Shown here: positions 24,098 to 35,451 of the stretch, piece after piece
Layout: every line of letters starts with the position of its first letter
Numbering within the stretch: the first letter of the stretch is position 1
Position numbers and translations under genes: made by a program
The notes under the pieces: generated by a model
The model's database searches: none
What the model saw: only the letters and a program-made list of their open reading frames with translations
Told to the model about the DNA's origin: nothing
DNA from: Haliotis rufescens
Lineage: Eukaryota
Reading direction: 5' to 3'
NCBI RefSeq assembly: GCF_023055435.1
Contig: NW_025964290.1
Location: 310,001-374,000 of the forward strand
Length of the DNA stretch: 64,000 nucleotides

Positions 24098-25262
24098 ATG
24101 GCGGAGTATCTGAAGGTGGGTGACATGCAGGAGGCGGTCATGGAGTGTCCCGTCTGCTCCTACGTGTTCGACAGCGACGATCGTACTCCGAGACTGATGT
24201 CGTGCTGTGTCTCCTCCATCTGCTCAAGCTGCATCAACGACATCCTCTCCCGTGGAGGCAGCAACTGCATCGACTGCCCCCTGTGCAGGACCAGCCATAC
24301 CATAACGGAAGGGGTAGCGAGCTTCCCCTTGGAACGAGTCATGTTGAAGATGGTGGAGTATGTCAAGGTGCAGAAAGGCCACAAGTTCCCTTGCACTGGT
24401 TGCCCTGACGACAATCAAGCTGTGGCGCGCTGCAAGGACTGTGGTTTGTTCATGTGTGAGGATTGTCTGAATGCCCATAAAAGGAATGGGGTGACACGTG
24501 ACCACACAACCGTCAGCTTTCACGAACTAAGGAACCAGTCAATCCTGAGTTTTGGAACCAGCCACCACTGTGGGCAACACAAACTCAATCCCCTGCAGTT
24601 CTACTGCCGGAAGTGTGACAGGGCCATCTGCGTGTCGTGCACGGTGGTGGAGCATAAAGAGGTCAACGGACACACCATCGTGTCCCTGGACGACATCTGC
24701 GACGAGAGGGCGTCCCAGGCAGACGCCGTGCTGACCTCCCTGGACGTGAGAATCAGGTCGCTAGGAGCTGACATCGAGACAATGAACAAAAAGAAAAAGA
24801 TTCTTAACACTTCTAAGACGTCAGCGAAGAGACAGGTTGAGTCCACATTTGATGCTCTTATTGAGAATCTGAAGCAGAGGAAGGCAATGTTGCTGACAGA
24901 GGTGGACACGAGATACGAGGTCCACAGTTCCGCCATCGACCAACGTCTGGACGAGACAAAGTCACTGACATCACGTGTTGCTTCAGCCTCGGAGTACATC
25001 AGGCACGTGCGCTCGAAGGCAGACGAGATTGAGTCGCTTCAGTTGTTTTCCCAGGTGAAGCAAGTTCTGGATGGGATAGTCCACGAGAAGCGGGAAGGAG
25101 ACGACTGGGAACGAAAGGGACTGGGATTTGACCCCACCTTTGCACGTGACGTGGACGAGCTCATTCAGCACACGGGGGCAATCAAGACTGTGACCTTCAT
25201 GAAAGACCAGACCACCTCAGGTGCCCAGACTCTGTATATTCAGCCCTCTGTTCCAGAAGAAG
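24098..25262 (+). CDS. TRIM/RBCC E3 ligase, coding exon 1 (RING, B-box1, B-box2, coiled coil)
   Basis: Acceptor CTGTTTCAG upstream. RING CPVC...CC...CSSC...CPLC; B-box CTGC...CKDC...CEDC..AH...H; B-box CGQH...CRKC...CVSC...H...H; heptad region. Donor GAAG|GTAAAT, phase 1. Confidence 0.92.
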
Positions 25263-25489
25263 GTAAATGAGAAACGTATAAGTAGAACTATGTATCCATG
25301 ATTCAGGTGATAATCCTACTTATCTGAGGACGTCATACATAACAACAAAACGTGTTCACATTTGGAAACGTGACATTTATAGTTTCTATGAGGATTTCAA
25401 CATTAGTGCATTTTTTTAACGTTGTGGGTAATTTCCTGTGGCTCTGTATCTGTTGCTGAGGTGGAAACAAGATGCTGTAAGTGTGCCAG

Positions 25490-25596
25490 GGCTCCGTTCC
25501 ACAAAGTGATCTTGGCACTGAGACGATCGTAACTCCCATACTTAAACATAGACTTACGAGAGTCGTAGCGCTAAGATCGCTTTGTGGACCGGGGCT
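25490..25596. mobile_element. 107-bp hairpin MITE (PIF/Harbinger-like)
   Basis: Long TIRs (CCACAAAGTGATCTTGGCACT / AGCGCTAAGATCGCTTTGTGG) with CAG/CTG flanks. Homologous to 59384-59490 in the opposite orientation. Confidence 0.75.
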
Positions 25597-25817
25597 CTGG
25601 AGTAATAATGTTATCTGCTCTCAGGACATGGCGTCAGTGACGGCGGTCTGTACTCTAACACAACAATGATACAGACGATACCATGCGGAGGCCTGCTCTC
25701 TACTACTTGGGTAATGCTTGCCGTCCGGGGCGACTTGCTGCATCGGTGGTCAGGCTCCATGACTTGGTTGATTTCACATCATCGCACCCCGACAGACTGG
25801 GATATTGCTCATAATAT

Positions 25818-26135
25818 CCGTAAGAGGCGACTATGCTTGTCGTAAGAGGCGACTATGCTTGTCGTAAGAGGCGACTATGCTTGTCGTAAGAGGCGACTAT
25901 GCTTGTCGTAAGAGGCGACTATGCTTGTCGCAAGAGGCGACTAACGGGATCGGGTGGTCGACCAGGGTCGTTTACTTGGTTGATACATGACATCGTATCG
26001 CAATTGCGTGGATCGATGCTCGTGATATCAATCACTGAATTGTCTGGTCAAGACTTGATTAATTACAGACCCCAGTCATATAGCTGGACTATTGCTGACT
26101 GCGGCGTTAAACAACAACAAACAAACCAACAAACT
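25818..26135 (+). mobile_element. Short retroposon family A with amplified 22-bp internal repeat
   Basis: About 6 x CGTAAGAGGCGACTATGCTTGT, then the family A body and GCGGCGTTAAACAACAAC tail. Confidence 0.88.
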
Positions 26136-27037
26136 AACATGATGCCGTAATACAGCTAATGTGCTGCTCACTGAGGCAACAAACAACATGTCTACGTGGC
26201 GATAACCTTTATTGCAACATGGACAATAAGTTCAAATAATTTACTAACAAATTCCAAACATTCAGGCTGCTGTACACGCCTACAATTGCTGTACAAGTAT
26301 GTGAATGTCATGTACATTTTCATATATCCGGTGTATACTAACCGAATATGGTCGACAGGCCCGTGGTAAGTTATGTGTTGCCCTACTGTAGACAACATAT
26401 TCAAAAAGATGATATTACCGAGCGTTAAGCATCTTCCCAAAGCAAGAGTATCCACTAGCCTATATGAAAGCCTTGTTTCTTTGAAAAAACTAAACAGGAT
26501 TAGTGGACACGCTTGCCTCGGGAAGACATACGCGTGCAGAATGTGAATCACGACCTTAAAGTCGAGGAGATGTCTTCATGAATATAGATTTGATTATCAT
26601 TATTATTATTAGTAGTAGTATTATCATTATTATTATTATTATTATTTAATATTTAATATTTTTTACTTTCAGAATATATTAATGTATTATGAGTTTTATA
26701 TCAAGCACAGTTACTTTTTTCCCGCTAGTACATATGAGTAACCCTGGGACTACTTTGAAGAACACTTACAGACGAGCGTGTATCAGTGTACGTAGAGGGA
26801 AACAGGATGTTGTAGAGTCGCCATGTTCCCAGATATAAGTGCCATTCGCTTTCTCTTCCAGCCAAGAATCTGCAGAGTCACGTGACTGTGTGCGGCCACA
26901 TGACGGATGAGCGACAACCTTTCCATATGACCAGTAAGTTGTTTAATTACTTGACACAACTTAGACGTGACTCTTTGCACGTCATACGCATGGCTGGCTG
27001 TCTCTGTTCCACGCTGCATGCCTTACATCCGCCACGT

Positions 27038-27275
27038 GGGGCGGTCGGGTAGCCTAGCTAGTGGTTAAAGTGTTCGCTCGTCACGCCGAAGACTCGGTCC
27101 GGGGTTGGGATAAGTCCGCTTGGGATAAGTGGGTGGTCTGGCTCTGAGACTTGGCGGATTGCTTCGCATCCTGTTCCGATGGCGTGGCTCATGCTTTCCC
27201 TCACTGGTTGACCAGATTCAAACTCGATTATAGAAAGGAGGATATAGCTGTATATTGTTGATTGCGGCGTGTAGC
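27038..27275 (+). mobile_element. SINE B tRNA head joined to a diverged family-A-like body
   Basis: GGGGCGGTCGGGTAGCCTAG...GCTCGTCACGCCGAAGAC, then TCCGGGGTTGGGATA...GCTCATGC...TCACTGG...CTCGATTA...ATATAGCTGTATATTGTTGATTGCGGCGT. Confidence 0.6.
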
Positions 27276-27612
27276 AGATGTACTTACTGTGATTTGAAAT
27301 TTGAGCTGGTCTAACTGTAGATTTGACACCATCTTATTTGTTATTAGCTACAGTTGAACCAACTCAGATTTCCAACACAATCAATTTACCCTCATTCTAC
27401 CATGACGACAAGAGCGATTTACAAACAGCGTGCTTTCACAGGGCGAAATAAGTCAGCTATGTCAGAACGCGCAGACAATGACTCACAAATAGTGACAAAC
27501 ATAAACAGATTACTTGAGTTCAAAATTAATAATCATCAACCAACACCTTGCAGCAAATCATACTGTAAGCATAGGGTGGGGGGGGGGGGGGGGGGGGTGA
27601 GGTGGGGCTGGA

Positions 27613-30600
27613 GGTAACTTAATGAGGACACAAGCAGAGGGTAGTGGGGATCTTGTCTACCAAGGTAACAATGAGGACACAAGCAGAGGGTAACGGGGAT
27701 CTGGTCTACCACGGTAACTTAATGAGGACACAAGCAGAGGGTAGCGGGGATCTTGTCTACCACGGTAACTTAATGATGACACAAAGAGAGGATAGTGGGG
27801 ATCTTGTCTACCACGGTAACTTAATGAGGACACAAGCAGAGGGTAGCGGGGATCTTGTCTACCACGGTAACTTAATGATGACACAAGGAGAGGATAGTGG
27901 GGATCTTGTTTACCACGGTAACTTAATGAGGACACAAGCAGAGGGTAGCGGGGATATTTTCTACCACGGTAACAATGAGGACACAAGCAGAGGGTAGCGG
28001 GGATCTTGTCTACCACAGTAACATAATGATGACACAAGGAGAGGATAGTGGGGATCTTGTCTACCACGGTAACTTAATGAGGACACAAGCAGAGGGTAGT
28101 GGGGATCTTGTCTACCAAGGTAACAATGAGGACACAAGGAGAGGGTAATGGGGATCTTGTCTACCACGGTAACTTAATGAGGACACAAGGAGAGGGTAGT
28201 GGGGATCTTGTCTACCACGGTAACTTAATGAGGACACAAGCAGAGGTTAGTGGGGATCTTGTCTACCACGGTAACTAAATGATGACGCAAGGAGAGGATA
28301 GTTGGGATCTTGTCTACCACGGTAATAAATGAGGACACAAGCAGAGGGGAATGGGGATCTTTTCTACCGAGGTAACTTAATGAGGACAGAAGGAGTGGTT
28401 AGTGGGGATCTGGTCTACCATGGTAACTTAATGAGGACACCAGGAGAGGTTAGTGGGGATCTTGTCTACCTCGGTAACTTAATGAGGACACAAGCAGAGG
28501 GTAGCGGGGATCTGGTATACCAAGGTAACTTAATGACACAAGCAGAGGGTAGTGGGGATCTGGTCTACCACGGTAACTTAATGAGGACACAAGGAGAGGG
28601 TAGTGGGGATCTGGTCTACCATGGTAACAGTGAGGACACTAGCAGAGGGTAGTGGGGATCTGGTCTACCACGGTAACAATGATGACACAAGGAGAGGGTA
28701 GTGGGGATCTGGTCTACCACGGTAACAATGAGGACACAAGCAGAGGGTAGTGGGGATCTGACCTACCATGGTAACAATGAGGACACAGGGAGAGGATAGT
28801 GGGGATCTGGTCTACCATGGTAACTTAATGAGGACAGAAGGAGAGGGTAGTGGGGATCTGGTCTACCATGGTAACTTAATGAGGACAGAAGGAGAGGGTA
28901 GTGGGGATCTGGTCTACCATGGTAACTTAATGAGGACAGAAGGAGAGGGTAGTGGGGATCTGGTCTACCACGGTCACTTAATGAGGACGTAACTTAATGA
29001 GGACAGAAGGAGAGGGTAATGGGGATCTGGTCTACCATGGTGACCTAATGAGGACACAAGGAGAGGTCAGTGGGGATCTGGTCTACCATGGTGACCTAAT
29101 GAGGACACAAGGAGAGGACAGTGGGGATCTGGTCTACCATGGTGACCTAATGAGGGCACAAGGAGATGTCAGTGGGGATCTGGTCTACCACGGTAACTTA
29201 ATGGTGACACAAGGAGAGGATAGTGGGGATCTGGTCTACCATGGTAACTTAATGAGGACACAAGGAGAGGGTAGCGGGGATATTTTCTACCACGGTAACT
29301 TAATGAGGACACAAGGACAGGACAGTGGGGATCTGGTCTACCATGGTAACTTAATGAGGACACAAGGAGAGGGTAGCGGGGATCTGGTCTACCATGGTAA
29401 CTTAATGGTGACACAAGGAGAGGATAGTGGGGATCTTGTCTACCACGGTAACATAATGAGGACACAAGGAGAGGATAGTGGGGATTTTGTCTACCACGGT
29501 AACTTAATGACAGAAGGAGAGGGTAGTGGGGATCTTGTCTACCACGGTAACTTAATGAGGACACAAGCAGAGGGTAGTGGGGATCTTGTCTACCACAGTA
29601 AGATAATGATGACACAAAGAGAGGATAGTGGGGATCTTGTCTACCACGGTAACTGAATGAGGACACAAGCATAGGGTAATGGGGATCTTGTCTACCATGG
29701 TAACTTAATGATGACGCAAGGAGAGGATAGTTGGGATCTTGTCTACCACGGTAACTTAATGATGACACAAGGAGAGGATAGTGGGGATGTTGTCTACCAC
29801 GGTAACTTAATGAGGACACAAGCAGAGGGTAGCGGGGATATTTTCTACCACGGTAACTATGAGGACACAAGCAGAGGGTAGCGGGGATCTTGTCTACCAC
29901 AGTAACATAATGATGACACAAGGAGAGGATAGTGGGGATCTTGTCTACCACGGTAACTTAATGAGGACACAAGGAGAGGGTAATGGGGATCTTTTCTACC
30001 GAGGTAACTTAATGAGGACAGAAGGAGTGGTTAGTGGGGATCTGGTCTACCTCGGTAACTTAATGAGGACGCAAGCAGAGGGTAGCGGGGATCTGGTATA
30101 CCAAAGTAACTTAATGACACAAGCAGAGGGTAGTGGGGATCTGGTCTACCACGGTAACAATGAGGACACAAGGAGAGGGTAGTGGGGATCTGGTCTACCA
30201 CGGTAACAATGAGGACACAAGGAGAGGATAGTGGGGATCTGGTCTACCATGGTTACTTAATGAGGACAGAAGGAGAGGATAGTGGGGATCTGGTCTACCA
30301 CGGTAACAATGAGGACACAAGGAGGGGGTAGTGGGGATCTGACCTACCATGGTAACAATGAGGACACAGGGAGAGGGTAGTGGGGATCTGGTCTACCATG
30401 GTAACTTAATGAGGACAGAAGGAGAGGGTAGTGGGGATCTGGTCTACCACGGTCACTTAATGAGGACACAAGGACAGGATAGTGGGGATCTGGTCTACCA
30501 TGGTAACTTAATGAGGACACAAGGAGAGGGTAGCGGGGATATTTTCTACCACGGTAACAATGAGGACACAAGCAGAGGGTAGCGGGGATCTTGTCTACCA

Positions 30601-31642
30601 CAGTAACATAATGATGACACAAGGAGAGGATAGTGGGGATCTTGTCTACCACGGTAACTTAATGACACAAGGAGAGGGTAGTGGGATCTTGTCTACCACG
30701 GTAACTTAATGAGGACACAAGCAGAGGATAGTGGGGATTTTGTCTACCACAGTAACATAATGATGACACAAGGAGAGGATAGTGGGGATCTTGTCTACCA
30801 CGGTAACTTAATGAGGACACAAGCAGAGGATAGTGGGGATCTTGTCTAACACGGTAACTGAATGAGGACAGAAGCATATGGTAGTGGGGATCTTGTCTAC
30901 CACAGTAACATAATGATGACACAAGGAGAGGATAGTGGGGATCTTGTCTACCACGGTAACTTAATGAGGACACAAGGAGAGGATAGTGGGGATCTTGTCT
31001 ACCACGGTAACTGAATGAGGACACAAGCAGAGGATAGTGGGGATTTTGTCTACTACAGTAACATAATGATGACACAAGGAGAGGATAGTGGGGATCTTGT
31101 CTACCACGGTAACTTAATGAGGACACAAGCAGAGGATAGTGGGGATCTTGTCTACCACGGTAACTGAATGAGGACACAAGCATAGGGTAGTGGGGATCTT
31201 GTCTACCACGGTAACTTAATGAGGACACAAGCAGAGGGTAGTGGGGATCTTGTCTACCACGGTAACTGAATGAGGACACAAGCAGAGGATAGTTGGGATC
31301 TTGTCTACCACGGTAACTTAATGAGGACACAAGGAGAGGGTAGTGGGGATCTTTTCAACCGAGGTAACTTAATGAGGACAGAAGGAGTGGTTAGTGGGGA
31401 TCTTGTCTACCTCGGTAACAATGAGGACACAAGGAGAGGGTAGTGGGGATCTGGTCTACAATGGTAACTTAATGAGGACACAAGGAGAGGGTAGTGGGGA
31501 TCTGGTCTACCATGGTAACTTAATGAGGACACAAGGAGAGGGTAGTGGGGATCTGGTCTACCATGGTAACTTTATGACACAAAGAGAGGATAGTGGGGAT
31601 CTGCTCTACCATGGTAACTTTATGACAGAAGGAGAGGATAGT
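27613..31642. repeat. ~51-bp minisatellite x~80 (in TRIM intron)
   Basis: CACGGTAACTTAATGAGGACACAAGCAGAGGGTAGTGGGGATCTTGTCTAC units with 48/49-bp variants. Preceded by G20 at 27578-27597. Confidence 0.97.
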
Positions 31643-31829
31643 CATAGATATGACGTCATGTGCACCCAACAACGCAACAAGGTCCTCGGCAGTGTGAGAT
31701 GCTGTCTGGACATTATGCCGTCGTTCATGCATCATTTAATTCTTTCGGTCACGTTGACACCACCTGACTCAGCTTTTCCCTGCACTCGATTACCGTTAGT
31801 GACACCAGACACCTTTCCATTTGCATTTC

Positions 31830-32088
31830 ACACAATGTCGGCGTTGTCAAGCGCATCTTACGATCTGCAGGACACAATGTCGGCGTTGTCAAGCGCATCT
31901 TACGATCTGCAGGACACAATGTCGGCGTTGTCAAGCGCATCTTACGATCTGCAGGACACAATGTCGGCGTTGTCAAGCGCATCTTACGATCTGCAGGACA
32001 CAATGTCGGCGTTGTCAAGCGCATCTTACGATCTGCAGGACACAATGTCGGCGTTGTCAAGCGCATCTTACGATCTGCAGGACACAAT
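31830..32088. repeat. 42-bp perfect tandem repeat x6
   Basis: ACACAATGTCGGCGTTGTCAAGCGCATCTTACGATCTGCAGG. Confidence 0.97.
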
Positions 32089-32216
32089 GGGAAATATCAC
32101 ACATTTTTAAAAAAAACATCACGTGAACGAGAGGTCACGTGACATGAGTCGGAGTTATATATTTTATAAAGTCAGTGCTTTAAACGACATGTAATTGCTG
32201 TCAGGGTGTGTCAGCG

Positions 32217-32390
32217 GTGTGAGTGAGTGAGTGAGTGAGTGAGTGAGTGAGTGAGTGAGTGAGTGATACGCCACGTTTAGTAATATTCCAGCAATCATAG
32301 GGCGGGGGAAATGGTCTTAACAGATGTCGTGATTCAAACCCTGGGTGTTGGTGTGACGAGCGAAGGCTTCACCACTCGCATACCCCGGGT
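32217..32390 (-). mobile_element. Degenerate SINE family B with expanded (GAGT)n tail
   Basis: (GAGT)n, TAATATTCCAGCAAT, GATTCAAACCC, GTGACGAGCGAA. Confidence 0.65.
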
Positions 32391-33024
32391 GCAAAGCGGC
32401 AGAGGAAGATGTTGCCATGCTAGCTGGTTAGCGTGCTAGTGTGCGTTCGTGCTAGCGTGCGTGCGTGCGTGCGTGTGCTTGTACTCGTTTGGACTAATAC
32501 CGGTTTGTAGTGCGAGATACAATGCCGCAGGTTAACATGAATACCCCATCCAGACACTGTATACTGCCTCCGAGCCGACCAGTCCTTGTATTGGTCCCTT
32601 AATGCTGGGAGTCAAACCAACAGACCTTCCTCACTTCCTCAGACCACACTTTGAAGGGCCATGCATACCAGGAGCCTTGACATCTGGGTGGGAGGGAGAT
32701 GTGTCTGTGCTGATGAAGCTGATGACGGACACTGGTGCTTGTTCAGACTTCCACGTGACGTCGTGCTATGAAGCGCTCTGAAAATCTCTCAGCAGGTCGT
32801 TGAACCCGACAGTTGACCGTGGGATTACCGCAGGTTGTTGTAACGTTCGTCAACTTATGGCGACGGGTATCTTGAGATCTGTCGACCTCGACTACGGATA
32901 TCTTGTGACGGGGCCATCTCGACAACGGGTATATCTTGTCACAAGGTACAGTGACAGGGAATGTGTGACATGAATATACTCTTATAAAAAAGGAAACGCA
33001 AAGACAGATTTGTGTGAGGTAGGA

Positions 33025-33190
33025 GTGAGTGAGTATGGCTTTACGCCGCTTTTAGCAATATTCCAGCAATATCACGGCGGGGGACACCAGAAATGGGCTT
33101 CACACATTGTACCCATGTCGGGAATCGAACCCGGGTGTTCGGCGTGACGAGCGAACGCTTTAACCACTAAGCTACCCGACCGCCCTTGTG
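33025..33190 (-). mobile_element. SINE family B inserted in the Tc1
   Basis: Intact A/B boxes. Perfect 14-bp TSD TGTGTGAGGTAGGA at 33011-33024 and 33191-33204. Confidence 0.93.
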
Positions 33191-33257
33191 TGTGTGAGGT
33201 AGGAATCTCAGTTATTCGGTACATAGGAAAAGTCCAAGGTGAAGGTCAGCTACCAAA

Positions 33258-34239
33258 CATAACGCGTATGTCCCCCGTTGGAATCGATAGCGGCCATGGA
33301 AGAGAGGAGAATTCGAATCATATCCTGGAGAATGGTATCCCACTCGGCCTGCAATGCAAAAGCAAACGGCTGCAACGTCTCGGGCTGTGGTTGACGTCGG
33401 CGTAGCCGTCTATCCAATTCATCCCACAGGTTCCTCTATCGGGTTCAAATCCGGGGATCATGAGGGCCAGGGGAGAACATCAACGCTATTGTTGTGTAGA
33501 CAGGCTCTTGTGATCCGTGCTGTTTGCGGTCGAGCGTTGTCCTGCTGGAATGCACCGTTGCCGTTGGCTGCAGTTGGGAGGACGTGTGGTAGGAGAATTT
33601 CGTTGATGTATCGTTGAGCCGTAAGATGGCCCTGGATATGGACCAAACCTGTCCTGCCGTGATGAGAGATATCCGCCCACATCATAACGCCACCCCCACC
33701 AAACCTGTCCAGTTCCTGTACGCAGTTTCCGGCGTAACGTTCTCCCCGACGTCTGTGGACCCGTGCTCTCCCACCCTCTCGACGGAGGAGATATCTTGAT
33801 TCGTCGCTGAACCAGTCATCTCTCCATCGCAGTTGAGGCCATACCCTGTGTTGACGACACCAATGTCGCCGCTGTTGACGATGTTGTCGACTCAACATGA
33901 CGCGTCGAACAGGACGTCTTGCTCGTAGACCTGCTGCTCTTAAACGGTTTCGTACGGTCTGGTCGGAGATTCTGCGCAGTCCGGGTATTTGGGATGCGAT
34001 TGAAGTGGCTGTGGTCGTGCTTTCATGTAGGTGGCGCTGTCGGATGTAGCGATCTTAGGCGGGGGTGGTTACTCTTGTTCGTCCCGACCTTGGCTAATCA
34101 CGTGTTGATCCATGCTGTTGAAATCGATTGTGATGGTGCTGGGCGCTATATTGAAAACCCTGGCTACAGCTGATCGGTATTCCCCTGCCTGCAAGCGGCC
34201 TATGGCGGTGTTTCTTTGCACTTCTGTTAATCTTGGAAT
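33258..34239 (-). pseudogene. Tc1 transposase pseudogene
   Basis: Start codon mutated to ATT (PRLTEVQRNTAIGRLQAG). WFSDESRY and FQQDNARP are retained. In-frame TGA in WPS*SPDLNPIE, plus frameshifts. Ends GGHTRY. Confidence 0.88.
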
Positions 34240-34729
34240 GTTGTTGAACTGTCACTGTCCGATTGAAGCAGATGCCAGGCAATCAAAACCCCTGCCCTTT
34301 TATACCGTTCATAGTGCTGTTGCACGTGCAGTGCGTGCAGCTCCAAGGCCCTTTTGTTAATGCACTGGATGCGTTTTTCCGAATCGTATGTGTTTCCCGA
34401 CTAATGGTTTGCATTTCCTTGTTGTGATCATTTTGAAATTTGCCACTGACACTAAAGCACATTGAACCTCTTCATTTGGCCCTTTTGGTCCGCTAATTTT
34501 GCTTTTATGACGAAAACTATCCTATTGCGTTTCTTCTTTTGAAGAGTATATGTTGAGTCATGTTTAAGTTACTCTAAACGCAATATTACTGGGATCCGTC
34601 TCATGTCTCGCGGTATTTCCATACTGACGTGAGAACATATAAGTTCCAGCATCCATGTGAATCCTGGCAAAGCGACACAAAGTATCCGAGGTTGGGTGAA
34701 GGTGGTTGCGCTATGTACAAGCAACAGTG

Positions 34730-35025
34730 GACCCGTGAAGATCCGGGGTAGAACAGGTCTTCAGCAACCCATGCTTGACGTAAAAGGCGACTATGCTTAC
34801 TGTAAAAGGCGACTATGCTTGTCGTAAGAGGCGACTAACGGGTTCGGGTGGTCAGACTCGCTGACTTGGTTGACGCATGTCATCGTATCCCAATTGAGTG
34901 TATTGATGCTCATGTTGTAAATGACTGGATTGTCTGGTCCAGACTCGATTATTTACAGACCGCCGTCATATAGCTGGACTATTGCTGAGTGCGGCGTTAA
35001 ACAACAAACAAACAAACAAACAAAA
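34730..35025 (+). mobile_element. Short retroposon family A, full-length
   Basis: GACCCGTGAAGATCCGGGGTAGAACAGGTCTTCAGCAACCC...GCGGCGTTAAACAAC(AAAC)n. Degenerate TSD ACAAGCAACAGTG / ACAAGCATTTGTG. Confidence 0.92.
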
Positions 35026-35147
35026 CAAGCATTTGTGACGATATCTAGTTCATACAGATGTATGACACACACTGAACACCATGTAGGAATACACCTTGTC
35101 GCAGTTGTCAGACAAATCAGAGACGGGCTGTCCATTCCAGGATAGTC

Positions 35148-35216
35148 ATGTATTTTACCAACATGTATTTTACCAACATGTATTTTACCAACATGTATTT
35201 TACCAACATGTATTTT
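35148..35216. repeat. 15-bp tandem repeat x~4.5
   Basis: CATGTATTTTACCAA. Confidence 0.9.
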
Positions 35217-35451
35217 GCAGGCCTCCTTGGCGATAGAGTTATCGTCCTTGATGACGTCACAGTCGACAACAGGCCCGCAGCGATACACTGTAAGTTGAAC
35301 GCCAGATATATGTGACTACGAACGTATTTCATACGTATAACAGGCACATCCTTGTGCTGAGGTAAGACATGCCTTGATCCAAACAAGATCCGTGCGTGTC
35401 CTTGCATGGACAGATTTAATGTGCTTGCCGAAAGTGTCGGATGTATTTGCC

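Larger units (their letters stand above)
32977..34548 (-). mobile_element. Decayed Tc1/mariner transposon (second family)
   Basis: Imperfect TIRs TACTCTTATAAAAAAGGAAACGCAA / TTGCGTTTCTTCTTTTGAAGAGTA with TA flanks. Confidence 0.88.

Noticed and set aside
27644-32126. MRTQGEGSGDLVYHGNL and MSALSSASYDLQDT repeat ORFs as extra TRIM exons
   Set aside because: Frequent 49-bp frameshifting units and no flanking splice signals; these are intronic minisatellites.
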